Notes under the pieces: generated by a model
Databases searched by the model: none
Told to the model about the DNA's origin: nothing
The model's input: only the letters and a program-made list of their open reading frames with translations
Translations under genes and position numbers: made by a program
From: Alphaproteobacteria bacterium
Lineage (GTDB): Bacteria > Pseudomonadota > Alphaproteobacteria > RF32 > CAG-239
DNA length: 64,000 nucleotides
Direction: 5' to 3'
NCBI GenBank assembly: GCA_045639065.1
Contig: JAZUCK010000003.1
Coordinates: 31,900 to 95,899, forward strand
Shown: positions 39,712 to 48,321 of the stretch, in pieces
Position numbering within the stretch: position 1 is the stretch's first letter
Layout of the letters: every line of letters starts with the position of its first letter

Positions 39712-41004
39712 ATGAGAGAAAGATTAAGAAAAATCTCAGAACTCCCTCATGCTAGGCGCGAGGCAGAAATTAACATTATCGTAAAAAACCGTTTCTTCCA
39801 CTATCTGTTTGATAATGCTGTTGACAGTAGTGTGGTTGATGCAATTGTGAGAACGCAAGACTCTCTTGCTATCAAACGATTGTTGCAAAGCAATCAATTG
39901 CTTAGCGATTATTCACAGAACCGCATCTTTAACGAAGCCCATACCGAGCTTAAAAAGATGTTGTTGGAGCGAAAGCAACCTCTATGTGAAAAAGTCGAAA
40001 GAGAGCTTATCTTACAAGACGATAACTCTTTGGTAAAGCACTACAGCGACCATCACTCTTTCAGAGAGAATGCTGAAGTGCTAATGTTAAAGACAAAGCC
40101 TTATTGTGTTATCACTAACTATATTGAGAAACACAAGCTGGCAAAAAGTGCACAATTAGAAATATTGAAACTTCCTAAACTCTTGCGTTTCTACGTTAGA
40201 AGACATTCACTATCTATTGAAGCTTTCAATGAGTTTATGGCTGATCACAATAATTCTGAGGCTTTGAACATCATTATCGGCAGTAAAATGTCGATAGATG
40301 CGGAATGTGTGCTCGCACGGCGTGCTGATATTGATGTGCTCGAAAAATATCAATACGCAATCGGCTTTACTAACTTGGACGAAATAGTGTCTATTTTGCT
40401 AAAGCGTGGAATGACGGACTTGGTGGCAAGCATTTTATGTGAACACAAGCCCGAGCTTACGGTTAGAGTCGAAGAGCAAGTCTTGGATTCAACACCTGAG
40501 GTTGTGACGGCTTATATTGCTTATCACGATCTTTCCTCAGCTCAACAGGTCAGTGTGGTCAACCGAGGTAACAGTGCAGAAATTATTCTGCTTTGTATTG
40601 CAAACTATGTGCAACCTGAAGCTCAAATGAAAATTTTGGAACGTGGTAATAAAAAAGAGATTAAGGCTCTTTTGGAGCACCACCAAGTCTCCCGAGATTT
40701 TCAACTAGGGTTATTGGCCCGAGGAGACAACGATGAGATTGTGACAATGTGTGCAACAAACACTTTGTTTGTTGAAGCACAAGAAGCTTTGATCAAGCGT
40801 GGTAACGATGCTGAAATAACAGCATATTTTGACCGCCGCACGATTGAAAACTCTGCTTTCGATCTCCTCTTGGATAATAAGAGCGATCTTGTGAGCTATT
40901 ACATAGATCGCAATATCTTAAACGATTATCAGCTGAAGCTTTTTGTTGAAAAGGCTTCTGATGCTGATATCGAAAAATACCTTACACTGTATTATCCTGA
41001 TTAA
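39712..41004 (+). CDS. hypothetical protein with ~26-aa helical tandem repeats
   Basis: 430-aa ORF with its own terminator; repeats of the form xxAQxxLLxRGNxxEIxxY/L. Confidence 0.8.
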   Translation: MRERLRKISELPHARREAEINIIVKNRFFHYLFDNAVDSSVVDAIVRTQDSLAIKRLLQSNQLLSDYSQNRIFNEAHTELKKMLLERKQPLCEKVERELILQDDNSLVKHYSDHHSFRENAEVLMLKTKPYCVITNYIEKHKLAKSAQLEILKLPKLLRFYVRRHSLSIEAFNEFMADHNNSEALNIIIGSKMSIDAECVLARRADIDVLEKYQYAIGFTNLDEIVSILLKRGMTDLVASILCEHKPELTVRVEEQVLDSTPEVVTAYIAYHDLSSAQQVSVVNRGNSAEIILLCIANYVQPEAQMKILERGNKKEIKALLEHHQVSRDFQLGLLARGDNDEIVTMCATNTLFVEAQEALIKRGNDAEITAYFDRRTIENSAFDLLLDNKSDLVSYYIDRNILNDYQLKLFVEKASDADIEKYLTLYYPD

Positions 41005-41011
41005 CTCTCTC

Positions 41012-41044
41012 AAACGGGGTGCCTTTGTGGCGCTCCGTTTTTTT
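41012..41044 (+). terminator. intrinsic terminator
   Basis: AAACGGGGTGCC-TTTGT-GGCGCTCCGTTT + T-run. Confidence 0.85.
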
Positions 41045-41109
41045 GTTGCAAAAAATTTTAAATAGCCATATAAATGTATAAAATTACTAATTATTAAATA
41101 TATATTACT

Positions 41110-41808
41110 ATGGAGGAAAAAATAAAATTACTGGAAAAACACGTCAGCATTTCAGAACATCTGCTTGACAGAATTTCAAAAAAAATGCCAAACATTATGT
41201 TATTTGATGAATGTTTGGCGATAATTTCATCGCAAAAAAATATAGGTCAAGAAATCATCAAAAAGATGAAAAACATTACGGGCGGACTTCCCGAATATAA
41301 TGAACTGATAACTGAGGCTAATGAGTTTGCACAAAAAAGTATGGAAAACTCTATAATGCTCAGATATCTCTTGCCTATAGAATTTGATTTATTGTGCTTG
41401 GTTGGTGATAGCGAAATAAGGATGTCATTTGAAAAAGGAAAGTCCCAGAAAGTTATAGGAATATTTCCTTTCAGGCATTCTTCTTTGTACTTAGATGTAG
41501 AAGAAAGCAAAATGACGCAACGTTGCAAAGTTGACAACGATTGTATTCCTAAAATTCATGTGTGGGAAGACATCTTCAGGATGATAAATCCACTCAATGA
41601 GTGCTTAAATATTCTTCAATTACCGATTTTGGAAGGATCGTATTTTGCTAAACAAAATCATTCGTCAAAAGACGATAATCTTATTATCAAAATTGAGCAA
41701 GATAAAAAGCAACTCAACTTCGGAATGTTTTCTTTTGATACACCGGCGAAAGCACGCTATTTGAAAATTCATCAAAGCAAGGGACTATTAAATTTGATGT
41801 CTAACTAA
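41110..41808 (+). CDS. hypothetical protein, paralogue of 42231..42764 (shared C-terminal domain)
   Basis: FDLL...GIFPF..S.LYLDVEE...IP....WE...N..L..L.LPILEG.YFA...A..RY shared with the downstream gene. Confidence 0.8.
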   Translation: MEEKIKLLEKHVSISEHLLDRISKKMPNIMLFDECLAIISSQKNIGQEIIKKMKNITGGLPEYNELITEANEFAQKSMENSIMLRYLLPIEFDLLCLVGDSEIRMSFEKGKSQKVIGIFPFRHSSLYLDVEESKMTQRCKVDNDCIPKIHVWEDIFRMINPLNECLNILQLPILEGSYFAKQNHSSKDDNLIIKIEQDKKQLNFGMFSFDTPAKARYLKIHQSKGLLNLMSN

Positions 41809-41825
41809 TAAAAAACAGTAATTGT

Positions 41826-42092
41826 ATGAAAAAAGTATCTGAAAATCTGCTAAAGTTTTTGATAACAACTGTTGGCAGGTTATTCATTTCGTTCTTTATT
41901 GCGCCAATTATTGCGACAATGATTGGAATGTTTACTGGTATGGTTGTAGGGTGGTTTGGCTTTATTGCTGACCCGATACTTAGCTTTTTTGGTTGTCTGG
42001 GTGTTGACCTACAGCTATGGGAAATCGGTGGCGTTATAGGATTTATAGGAGGCTTTTTAAGCAGATTAAACTATAATGTTAGAATGCCTTAA
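41826..42092 (+). CDS. small Gly-rich membrane protein
   Basis: 88 aa with 2-3 hydrophobic Gly-rich segments; followed by a terminator. Confidence 0.65.
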   Translation: MKKVSENLLKFLITTVGRLFISFFIAPIIATMIGMFTGMVVGWFGFIADPILSFFGCLGVDLQLWEIGGVIGFIGGFLSRLNYNVRMP

Positions 42093-42110
42093 AAGCTTTA
42101 TTTTTAGAAT

Positions 42111-42144
42111 GCAGAGTGTTCTTTTAAGACACTCTGTTTTTTTT
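42111..42144 (+). terminator. intrinsic terminator
   Basis: GCAGAGTGT...ACACTCTGT + T-run. Confidence 0.85.
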
Positions 42145-42230
42145 ATTGAAAAAATATATTTTACACCTATAATGCAGTCGAAAATATTAAGAATCTATCT
42201 ATAATTATAAACAAATAAAAATATATTAAA

Positions 42231-42764
42231 ATGAACACGAACAAAAGAATTATTAGAAAAATTGCAAATCTTATGAATTTGCATGGTATCTCGGCTGCAG
42301 AAATTGAAAAAGAAAGAAAATTGGCTGAGAAAGAACAACGTAAAGAAAACAAAAATTCGCAAATCTTTGATTTGTTAGTAGAAGGTGAAAACGGTAAAAA
42401 GTGTCGTATTGCCTTCGAAAACAGAGGTGATGCCAAAATTTTGGGAATTTTCCCCTTTACGTATTCCAACGTTTACCTTGATGTAGAGGAAACGGAGGAA
42501 ACATTCCGTCGTGGCGCCGATGAAGATGCAATTCCAAGCTTGTCCTTTTGGGAAAGTTTGGAGGGTGTCCGCGAGAAGATGAATCAAGAACTAGCTTCTT
42601 TGGGCTTGCCTATCATTGAGGGATGCTACTTTGCATCGACTCCTTACGGATCTACCGATCTGAACTGGATTATCGGCTATATCCCCAAAGAAGAGCGTAT
42701 GCGTTCAGATTACTATGGCAACAATGAAAAAGCTAGAATCCGTTATAACGGTATGCTTGAGTAA
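42231..42764 (+). CDS. hypothetical protein, paralogue of 41110..41808
   Basis: Colinear C-terminal ~125 aa with the 41110 gene; short charged N-terminus. Confidence 0.8.
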   Translation: MNTNKRIIRKIANLMNLHGISAAEIEKERKLAEKEQRKENKNSQIFDLLVEGENGKKCRIAFENRGDAKILGIFPFTYSNVYLDVEETEETFRRGADEDAIPSLSFWESLEGVREKMNQELASLGLPIIEGCYFASTPYGSTDLNWIIGYIPKEERMRSDYYGNNEKARIRYNGMLE

Positions 42765-42786
42765 GAATTGTTCTTGATGAATTTAC

Positions 42787-42822
42787 AAAAAAAGCTTGGA
42801 TAAAAAATCCAAGCTTTTTTTT
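42787..42822. terminator. bidirectional terminator (rpsI / accessory gene)
   Basis: AAAAAAAGCTTGGAT-AAAA-ATCCAAGCTTTTTTT hairpin between convergent genes. Confidence 0.9.
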
Positions 42823-42844
42823 GTATCTTGATAAAACGTAAAAA

Positions 42845-43324
42845 TTAACGTTTAGAGAATTGGTAAGAACGACGAGCTTTAGCCTTACCATATTTTTTAC
42901 GTTCAACAGTTCTGTCATCACGTGTCAAGAAACCGGCTTTCTTCAAGCAATCACGCAATTCAGGTTCGAACTCGTTCAAAGCTTTTGAAATACCGTGTTT
43001 GATAGCACCGGCTTGACCAGACAAACCACCACCTTTTACGGTGCAAACAACGTCAAATTCATTAACGCGGTTAGCAACTTCGAAAGGTTGGTTGATGATC
43101 ATTTTCAACACCGGACGTGCGAAATATTGATCAATAGATTTGTCGTTAATTGTGATGTTGCCTTTACCAGCCTTAATCCATACGCGGGCAACGGCGTCTT
43201 TTCTTTTACCTGTAGCGTAAGAACGACCGAATTTGTCTTTTTTAGCCTTACGAACTACAGTCTCAGCAGCTTCTGATTTGGCTGCAGATTTAATATCTTG
43301 CAAAGATTCGATTTTTTCAGCCAT
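42845..43324 (-). CDS. rpsI: 30S ribosomal protein S9
   Basis: [45 protein letters not shown]. Confidence 0.98.
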   Translation of the reverse strand: MAEKIESLQDIKSAAKSEAAETVVRKAKKDKFGRSYATGKRKDAVARVWIKAGKGNITINDKSIDQYFARPVLKMIINQPFEVANRVNEFDVVCTVKGGGLSGQAGAIKHGISKALNEFEPELRDCLKKAGFLTRDDRTVERKKYGKAKARRSYQFSKR

Positions 43325-43326
43325 AA

Positions 43327-43794
43327 TTAAGCGCTCCTTTTATTCTTCGGGTTTCTAGCGGCAATATCCAAAACAACAGGGTTTTGAGCTGTGTGAGGAT
43401 GTTCATTACCGGCATATACTCTCAATTTTGTCATTTGTTGACGGCCCATCGGGTTACGAGAAATCATACGTTCAACAGCTTTGATGATAACTCTTTCAGG
43501 GAAACGACCTGCCAATACTTTACCGGCAGTAGTTTCTTTGATACCACCGATCCAACCAGTGTGTTTGAAGTATTTTTTAGCAGCTAATTTGTTGCCTGTT
43601 AATTTTACTTTGTCTGCATTGATAACAACAACGTAGTCACCGCAGTCGATGTTTGGAGTAAAGTTGGCTTTGTGTTTACCGCGCAAGATCTTAGCGATTT
43701 CGGCAGCCATACGACCCAAAACAACACCTTCGGCATCAACTACGTACCATTTTCTCTCAACGTCAGAGATTTTTGTAGCATAAGTAGTGTTCAT
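43327..43794 (-). CDS. rplM: 50S ribosomal protein L13
   Basis: [33 protein letters not shown]; true start ATG at 43794. Confidence 0.98.
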   Translation of the reverse strand: MNTTYATKISDVERKWYVVDAEGVVLGRMAAEIAKILRGKHKANFTPNIDCGDYVVVINADKVKLTGNKLAAKKYFKHTGWIGGIKETTAGKVLAGRFPERVIIKAVERMISRNPMGRQQMTKLRVYAGNEHPHTAQNPVVLDIAARNPKNKRSA

Positions 43795-44006
43795 GTGTTT
43801 TCTCTCTTTATTTAAATAGAAATTTAACTTCGTGGGTAAATATATATAAATAAAAATTGTTGTCAACAAAAAAATTTCGTTATTTTTCAATATGTTATTA
43901 AGCGGTAATATTATACCCTTTACTAACACATTGATTTTACTTATAATTCAATCGTTTTAAAATTTTGAAGTGAATTTTTTTTTGTTATTTTTATTAAAAA
44001 ATGTAT

Positions 44007-44042
44007 AAAAAAACACCCAAGACTTCTGTCTCGGGTGCTTTT
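44007..44042 (-). terminator. terminator after the large Cys-rich gene
   Basis: CACCCAAGAC-TTCT-GTCTCGGGTG stem with a T-run on the minus strand. Confidence 0.8.
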
Positions 44043-44059
44043 ATGATAACTTCTGTTAT

Positions 44060-47000
44060 CTATTGTATAAGCATTACTCCATCAATAGCATTGTAACCAC
44101 TACCACCTAGGCTCGCACCACCTTGGTTAACTTTTAACTCAGTGGTACTAGAGTTGGCTTTTTGCTGATCAAGACATCTTTGTCTTTCTGTAGCATTGTT
44201 ATATTGGTTACAGTTTATACCGCCTCCGATCTTAGGAGTTGACGATCCACCGCCGCCTCCAGTTGAGACGCCACCTGTTATACCACCATCTGTTGTACCG
44301 CCATCTGTTGTACCATCATCTGTTGTACCACCGATTGTGCTTGTAGTAATTGCAGTACCGTCATCAACAGACATTTCATTCATTACCATATCAGTGACAT
44401 CATACTTAACAACATGCATACACATATTTAAACTATTTAACATTGTACCATTTGGTAATGTTATACCTGTTGACCAACGACCACCTTCAGCAGTACAGAT
44501 TTCTTCTTCGGTCATGCACTTGCCTTCGTATGGCTTTTTCGGATCAATACAAGCTTCTAGTTGCTTGTCTTTCATCAATACTGTTGATAAACATTTACCA
44601 CTAAGCATAAGGCTTGGGTTACCTGTATCAGCAGAACCAATCCAAATACCATCAGTAGCTAAGCAGTATTCACGTTCTGTCATACACTTACCATCATATG
44701 GAATTTGATTATCTGCACAAGCTAATTGAACATCACCATACTTAACAGCAGCTTTAAAGCAGTTACCACCAAGAACCACATTTTTTGGTCCCATGAGGTT
44801 AACCCATCTACCGCCGTCAGCAACGCAGATTTCTTGTTCGGTCATGCACTTACCATTGTATTCTTCTTTTCCACCGACACATACACATTGTAATGTATCT
44901 GGGTTAAGAACCTTTCCTACGCCACAAGGTTTGCAGTTTCCGATTTCTTCACTGAAGCTTAGCAATTTAGTAGCGCAGTATTCAGCAGCTTTTTGGCAAG
45001 TACCTTCGGCATAAATATAACCGCTGTCACACTTACAAGTTTCTGTCTCAGGCTTATATGTAGAGTTTGCAGGGCATACAGGCTTACGGCAGATACCATA
45101 TCCAAAATTACCTTCATCATCAATAGCTGTCATATACATTTTTTTGAGATATTCTGCAGGACCGCTAGTTGAATCTTTAATTTCAAGAACTGGTAACTCA
45201 ACCATCTTAACTTCTGTAAATTCGACATTAGCAGCTTTTAAATACTCACTATCTTTGAACTTATTAAGAATACTTGTATTCAACGAAGCATTAGTATTTA
45301 GTGTCGAAGCTATAGATAAGTTATTTACGATTGAATCATCAACCTCGCCTTTATAAACCTTGGGATATAGGGTTATATCGACTACCTTGCTTTCAACCAT
45401 AAACATATTTCTATTGAGCTCAGGACGTTGTTCTCTTTCTGCAAGTGACAATTCTGCAACATCAATAGAGTTACCAACGAATTTAGTCAAACCGAAGTCC
45501 TTAACACGCTGGCATCCTTCACCGACATAACACTTCAAGTTTGAAACATCAGATTTTGCAACTTCTGCTTCACCTCTGACAGCCACAGCCTCGAAAGTGT
45601 AGTTGACTTTAGTATATGTCAACAATTCTCTACAAGCAAGACCTGTACAAGCTAATTCAGCACCGTTATTCTCACGCAAAGCTACCGGAATATCCAAATT
45701 ACCTTCGCGAGGCTTAAATTCTACGAGTACATTCTTACATTCAGCATCTTTACATAATTCGGCTGTTTCTTTGTACAAAGGAATTTCGGTAAATTTGGCT
45801 ATACTAAATTGACAATCCTTACAAATAAGACCATCAGTATTAAATGCCTTTAACTTATCCGTACCTGAAGCATACAATTCGTATCCTTCATCACAGCCTT
45901 TACATGTACCTGTTTCCGCATCGAACACTTTGATGTCTTTAGCGCAGTATGCAGGACCATCTGTACAAGTTTTAGTTGTTGCATCGTAAATCTCTGTAAC
46001 TTTACAAATTGATTTACATTTTCTGCTTATGTTATCAAATTCTTGACCTTCGCCACACATAGACTTACAAGTGTTTGTTTCTTTATCAAGAAATGTACCG
46101 ATTAAACAACGGCTACAGTTACCTAATAATTCGTCATATACCATAGCTTTGCTGTGACAGTAAGTCTTACCTTCTTCACAGATATTGTCTGTTGCTAAGT
46201 ATCCTGATTGACATACACAAGCTTCTTGAGAAGCATCGTATGTAGAGTTTGCAGGACACATCGGTTTGCGACATACCAAATATCCAAATTCACCATCCTT
46301 GTTAACACCGGTTAAGTGCATTTGTTTTTTGTATGTAGCAGCAACATTTACAGAAGGTTCTATTTTCTGTGCAACATAATCTGTTACCAATCCGGCTTCA
46401 ATACTACCATTATACTCAGTAGCATACTGACCGCCAAATTTACCTGTATTATATGACACATTTGTATCTGTTCCTTCGGTCGAAGTTGGAGTTGCAGTAG
46501 TTTCTTTTTCAGCAAGACCTTTATCATCGATTTTAGTAATCAATGTCGGATCAATATATTTGCTTTCAACAGTTAGCAAGCTCTTATCGATTCTGGCGTC
46601 ATTAGCTCTTGTTTGAAGAGTTGTTTGAGCAACATCGATAGAGTTAGCGACATATTTTGCAAAGCCGAAATCAAAGAGTTTTTGACATTGAGAGCCTTTA
46701 CAAATAAGGTTTGAAGTATCCGATTTCTCCACTGCTATCTCAGCATCGCTGGCGATAGTGGCTTCTTTGGCTTCGAGAGTAAAGTTAGCTTTTGCATAAG
46801 CAAGAACGTCTCTACATCCGAGACCTGAACAGATAATATCGGCACCGTTGTTAGTATTTAGATCAGGATCAACGTTTGTATCAGTTGATTTTACAACTGT
46901 AATATTCATAGTATTACATTCGGATCCTTCACACAAACCGCTTATTTCTTTATAGGCAGCAGTTTCATGAAGCTTTTCAGCTTCGAATTCGATGCTTTCA

Positions 47001-48067
47001 TCGATTTTACCGGCTGTGTTAATAGCTCTTAATTTATCAGAACCTCTGGCAAATTCTTCATATCCTGCTCCGCAAGTAATGGTCATACATTCTTTACCGC
47101 TTACAGTAGCAACTACTCCTTCAGGAATTTTCTTCATTCTGTCACAAATGCTGTCTCCAACCAAACCTGTTTTACATCCCGAAGCATATTTACAAGTTTT
47201 GATTGTAGCAGTATTGTTTGCTGTATTAAAGATTTTTACTTGTTCTTCAGCCTCGGCAACGCAGGTATCTGATACAGCGCCACAATCACCGGAGGTTTTA
47301 CAACCGCTAAAGAATGAGTAATCTTTGTCAAAGAATTTGGCTGTTTTGGTTGTAACTTCACCGCAACGATTGTTTGTCGGAGTTTTATCAAACGCGCCAT
47401 CTAACAAGGCTTTAACCCCAACAACGCACAATTTGCCAGCACCATTATCAGCAACCGTATATTCGATAGGTTCATCAGGTGAACGCACTGATGTCAAAAC
47501 ACCTGCGCCACCTATTCCTTTAGATGCTATCGCAGCCGGCTTTGAAGAAGTAAATTCTTTCAAAGTACTTTTACAAGTAAACTTTGAAGGATCGTAGCAG
47601 GTTAAGCTTTTGCCACCCACATTTGCTGTTGTTTTAGCACCACTTGAATCAACATCGAAGTATTGCTTATATTTTTCAGCCTGGGTAGAGTTAATTAAAT
47701 CTTGACCGCAAGAATAGTTTGTAAACCACAAACCGTCTTTATCTTTACAGCTTTCACCTGAAACTACGATCTTACCGTCAAGCCCCTTGAGTTCTTCTTC
47801 TGACAAAGGATATTTATCCTTATCACAAGAACAATCTTTGTAACAAACTGCTCCACCGGATAGTTTTGTTACGCTACATTTATTACCTTTTGGTCGTTGG
47901 CTTAAAAATCCAGCGGCGCTACAAGTTTGAATCTTAGCGCTAAGCAAGCCTGACTTTCCGACCATATTACCATCGGAGTAATCAACTTTTATAACCTTTG
48001 CAGATGATGGAGATGTAAGCATCACTGCAATAAGTAAAAAAGCTAATGTTTTAATATATTTTGTCAT
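44060..48067 (-). CDS. large secreted cysteine-rich repeat protein (~1335 aa)
   Basis: ATG at 48067 after AGGAG; signal peptide MTKYIKTLAFLLIAVMLTSPSSA; internal ~393-aa duplication, EGF-like CPANSTY..C.C..GY units, three KCMTE.E.C...G.W repeats, Gly/Thr-rich tail. Confidence 0.88.
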   Translation of the reverse strand: MTKYIKTLAFLLIAVMLTSPSSAKVIKVDYSDGNMVGKSGLLSAKIQTCSAAGFLSQRPKGNKCSVTKLSGGAVCYKDCSCDKDKYPLSEEELKGLDGKIVVSGESCKDKDGLWFTNYSCGQDLINSTQAEKYKQYFDVDSSGAKTTANVGGKSLTCYDPSKFTCKSTLKEFTSSKPAAIASKGIGGAGVLTSVRSPDEPIEYTVADNGAGKLCVVGVKALLDGAFDKTPTNNRCGEVTTKTAKFFDKDYSFFSGCKTSGDCGAVSDTCVAEAEEQVKIFNTANNTATIKTCKYASGCKTGLVGDSICDRMKKIPEGVVATVSGKECMTITCGAGYEEFARGSDKLRAINTAGKIDESIEFEAEKLHETAAYKEISGLCEGSECNTMNITVVKSTDTNVDPDLNTNNGADIICSGLGCRDVLAYAKANFTLEAKEATIASDAEIAVEKSDTSNLICKGSQCQKLFDFGFAKYVANSIDVAQTTLQTRANDARIDKSLLTVESKYIDPTLITKIDDKGLAEKETTATPTSTEGTDTNVSYNTGKFGGQYATEYNGSIEAGLVTDYVAQKIEPSVNVAATYKKQMHLTGVNKDGEFGYLVCRKPMCPANSTYDASQEACVCQSGYLATDNICEEGKTYCHSKAMVYDELLGNCSRCLIGTFLDKETNTCKSMCGEGQEFDNISRKCKSICKVTEIYDATTKTCTDGPAYCAKDIKVFDAETGTCKGCDEGYELYASGTDKLKAFNTDGLICKDCQFSIAKFTEIPLYKETAELCKDAECKNVLVEFKPREGNLDIPVALRENNGAELACTGLACRELLTYTKVNYTFEAVAVRGEAEVAKSDVSNLKCYVGEGCQRVKDFGLTKFVGNSIDVAELSLAEREQRPELNRNMFMVESKVVDITLYPKVYKGEVDDSIVNNLSIASTLNTNASLNTSILNKFKDSEYLKAANVEFTEVKMVELPVLEIKDSTSGPAEYLKKMYMTAIDDEGNFGYGICRKPVCPANSTYKPETETCKCDSGYIYAEGTCQKAAEYCATKLLSFSEEIGNCKPCGVGKVLNPDTLQCVCVGGKEEYNGKCMTEQEICVADGGRWVNLMGPKNVVLGGNCFKAAVKYGDVQLACADNQIPYDGKCMTEREYCLATDGIWIGSADTGNPSLMLSGKCLSTVLMKDKQLEACIDPKKPYEGKCMTEEEICTAEGGRWSTGITLPNGTMLNSLNMCMHVVKYDVTDMVMNEMSVDDGTAITTSTIGGTTDDGTTDGGTTDGGITGGVSTGGGGGSSTPKIGGGINCNQYNNATERQRCLDQQKANSSTTELKVNQGGASLGGSGYNAIDGVMLIQ
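44281..44332. repeat. 15-bp tandem repeat (x3.5) encoding (G/D)GTTD
   Basis: TACCACCATCTGTTG-TACCGCCATCTGTTG-TACCATCATCTGTTG-TACCACC. Confidence 0.9.
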
Positions 48068-48290
48068 GACACATCTCCTTTGTCTGCTGTTATCAAAAAA
48101 TATATTCAAAACCACTCTGCATCCACACACCAAAAAAATTAAGGATACAGTTCAGCCTTTGATATATTGTAACACAAACTTTCAAAAATAGCAATATTTT
48201 GACCGATTTTACACTTATAACTCAGTGATTTTAACATATTGATTTTACTATACATTTTTCCATTAAAAAAATTGTAACAAAAACTTAAAA
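48068..48290 (-). promoter_or_regulatory. promoter/leader copy 1: TTAA-N7-TTAC box, IHF-like site, -35/extended -10, leader hairpin
   Basis: Minus strand: TTAAGTTTTTGTTAC (48274-48288), AATCAATATGTTA (48232-48244), TTGCTA (48189-48194)-17 nt-TACAAT (48166-48171) with upstream TG, hairpin CTGTATCC/GGATGCAG. Confidence 0.7.
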
Positions 48291-48321
48291 CAAAGAGTAT
48301 AAAAAAAATAGCTTTTATAAA

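Noticed and set aside
43795-43929. N-terminal extensions in the ORF track for rplM (likewise amiC, flgI, the solute-binding protein, the OMF and the Cys-rich genes)
   Set aside because: Upstream in-frame alternative starts run through promoter DNA; downstream ATGs with RBS, signal peptide or family-typical N-termini fit better
43924-43936. Third copy of the Cys-gene promoter architecture upstream of rplM
   Set aside because: Only the IHF-like site (AATCAATGTGTTA) matches; the TTAA-N7-TTAC box and the spacing to -35 are not reproduced
44196-47597. Plus-strand ORFs (e.g. the 170-aa Pro/Val-rich one) opposite the large Cys-rich gene
   Set aside because: Shadow frames mirroring the Gly/Thr repeats; no RBS or independent signature
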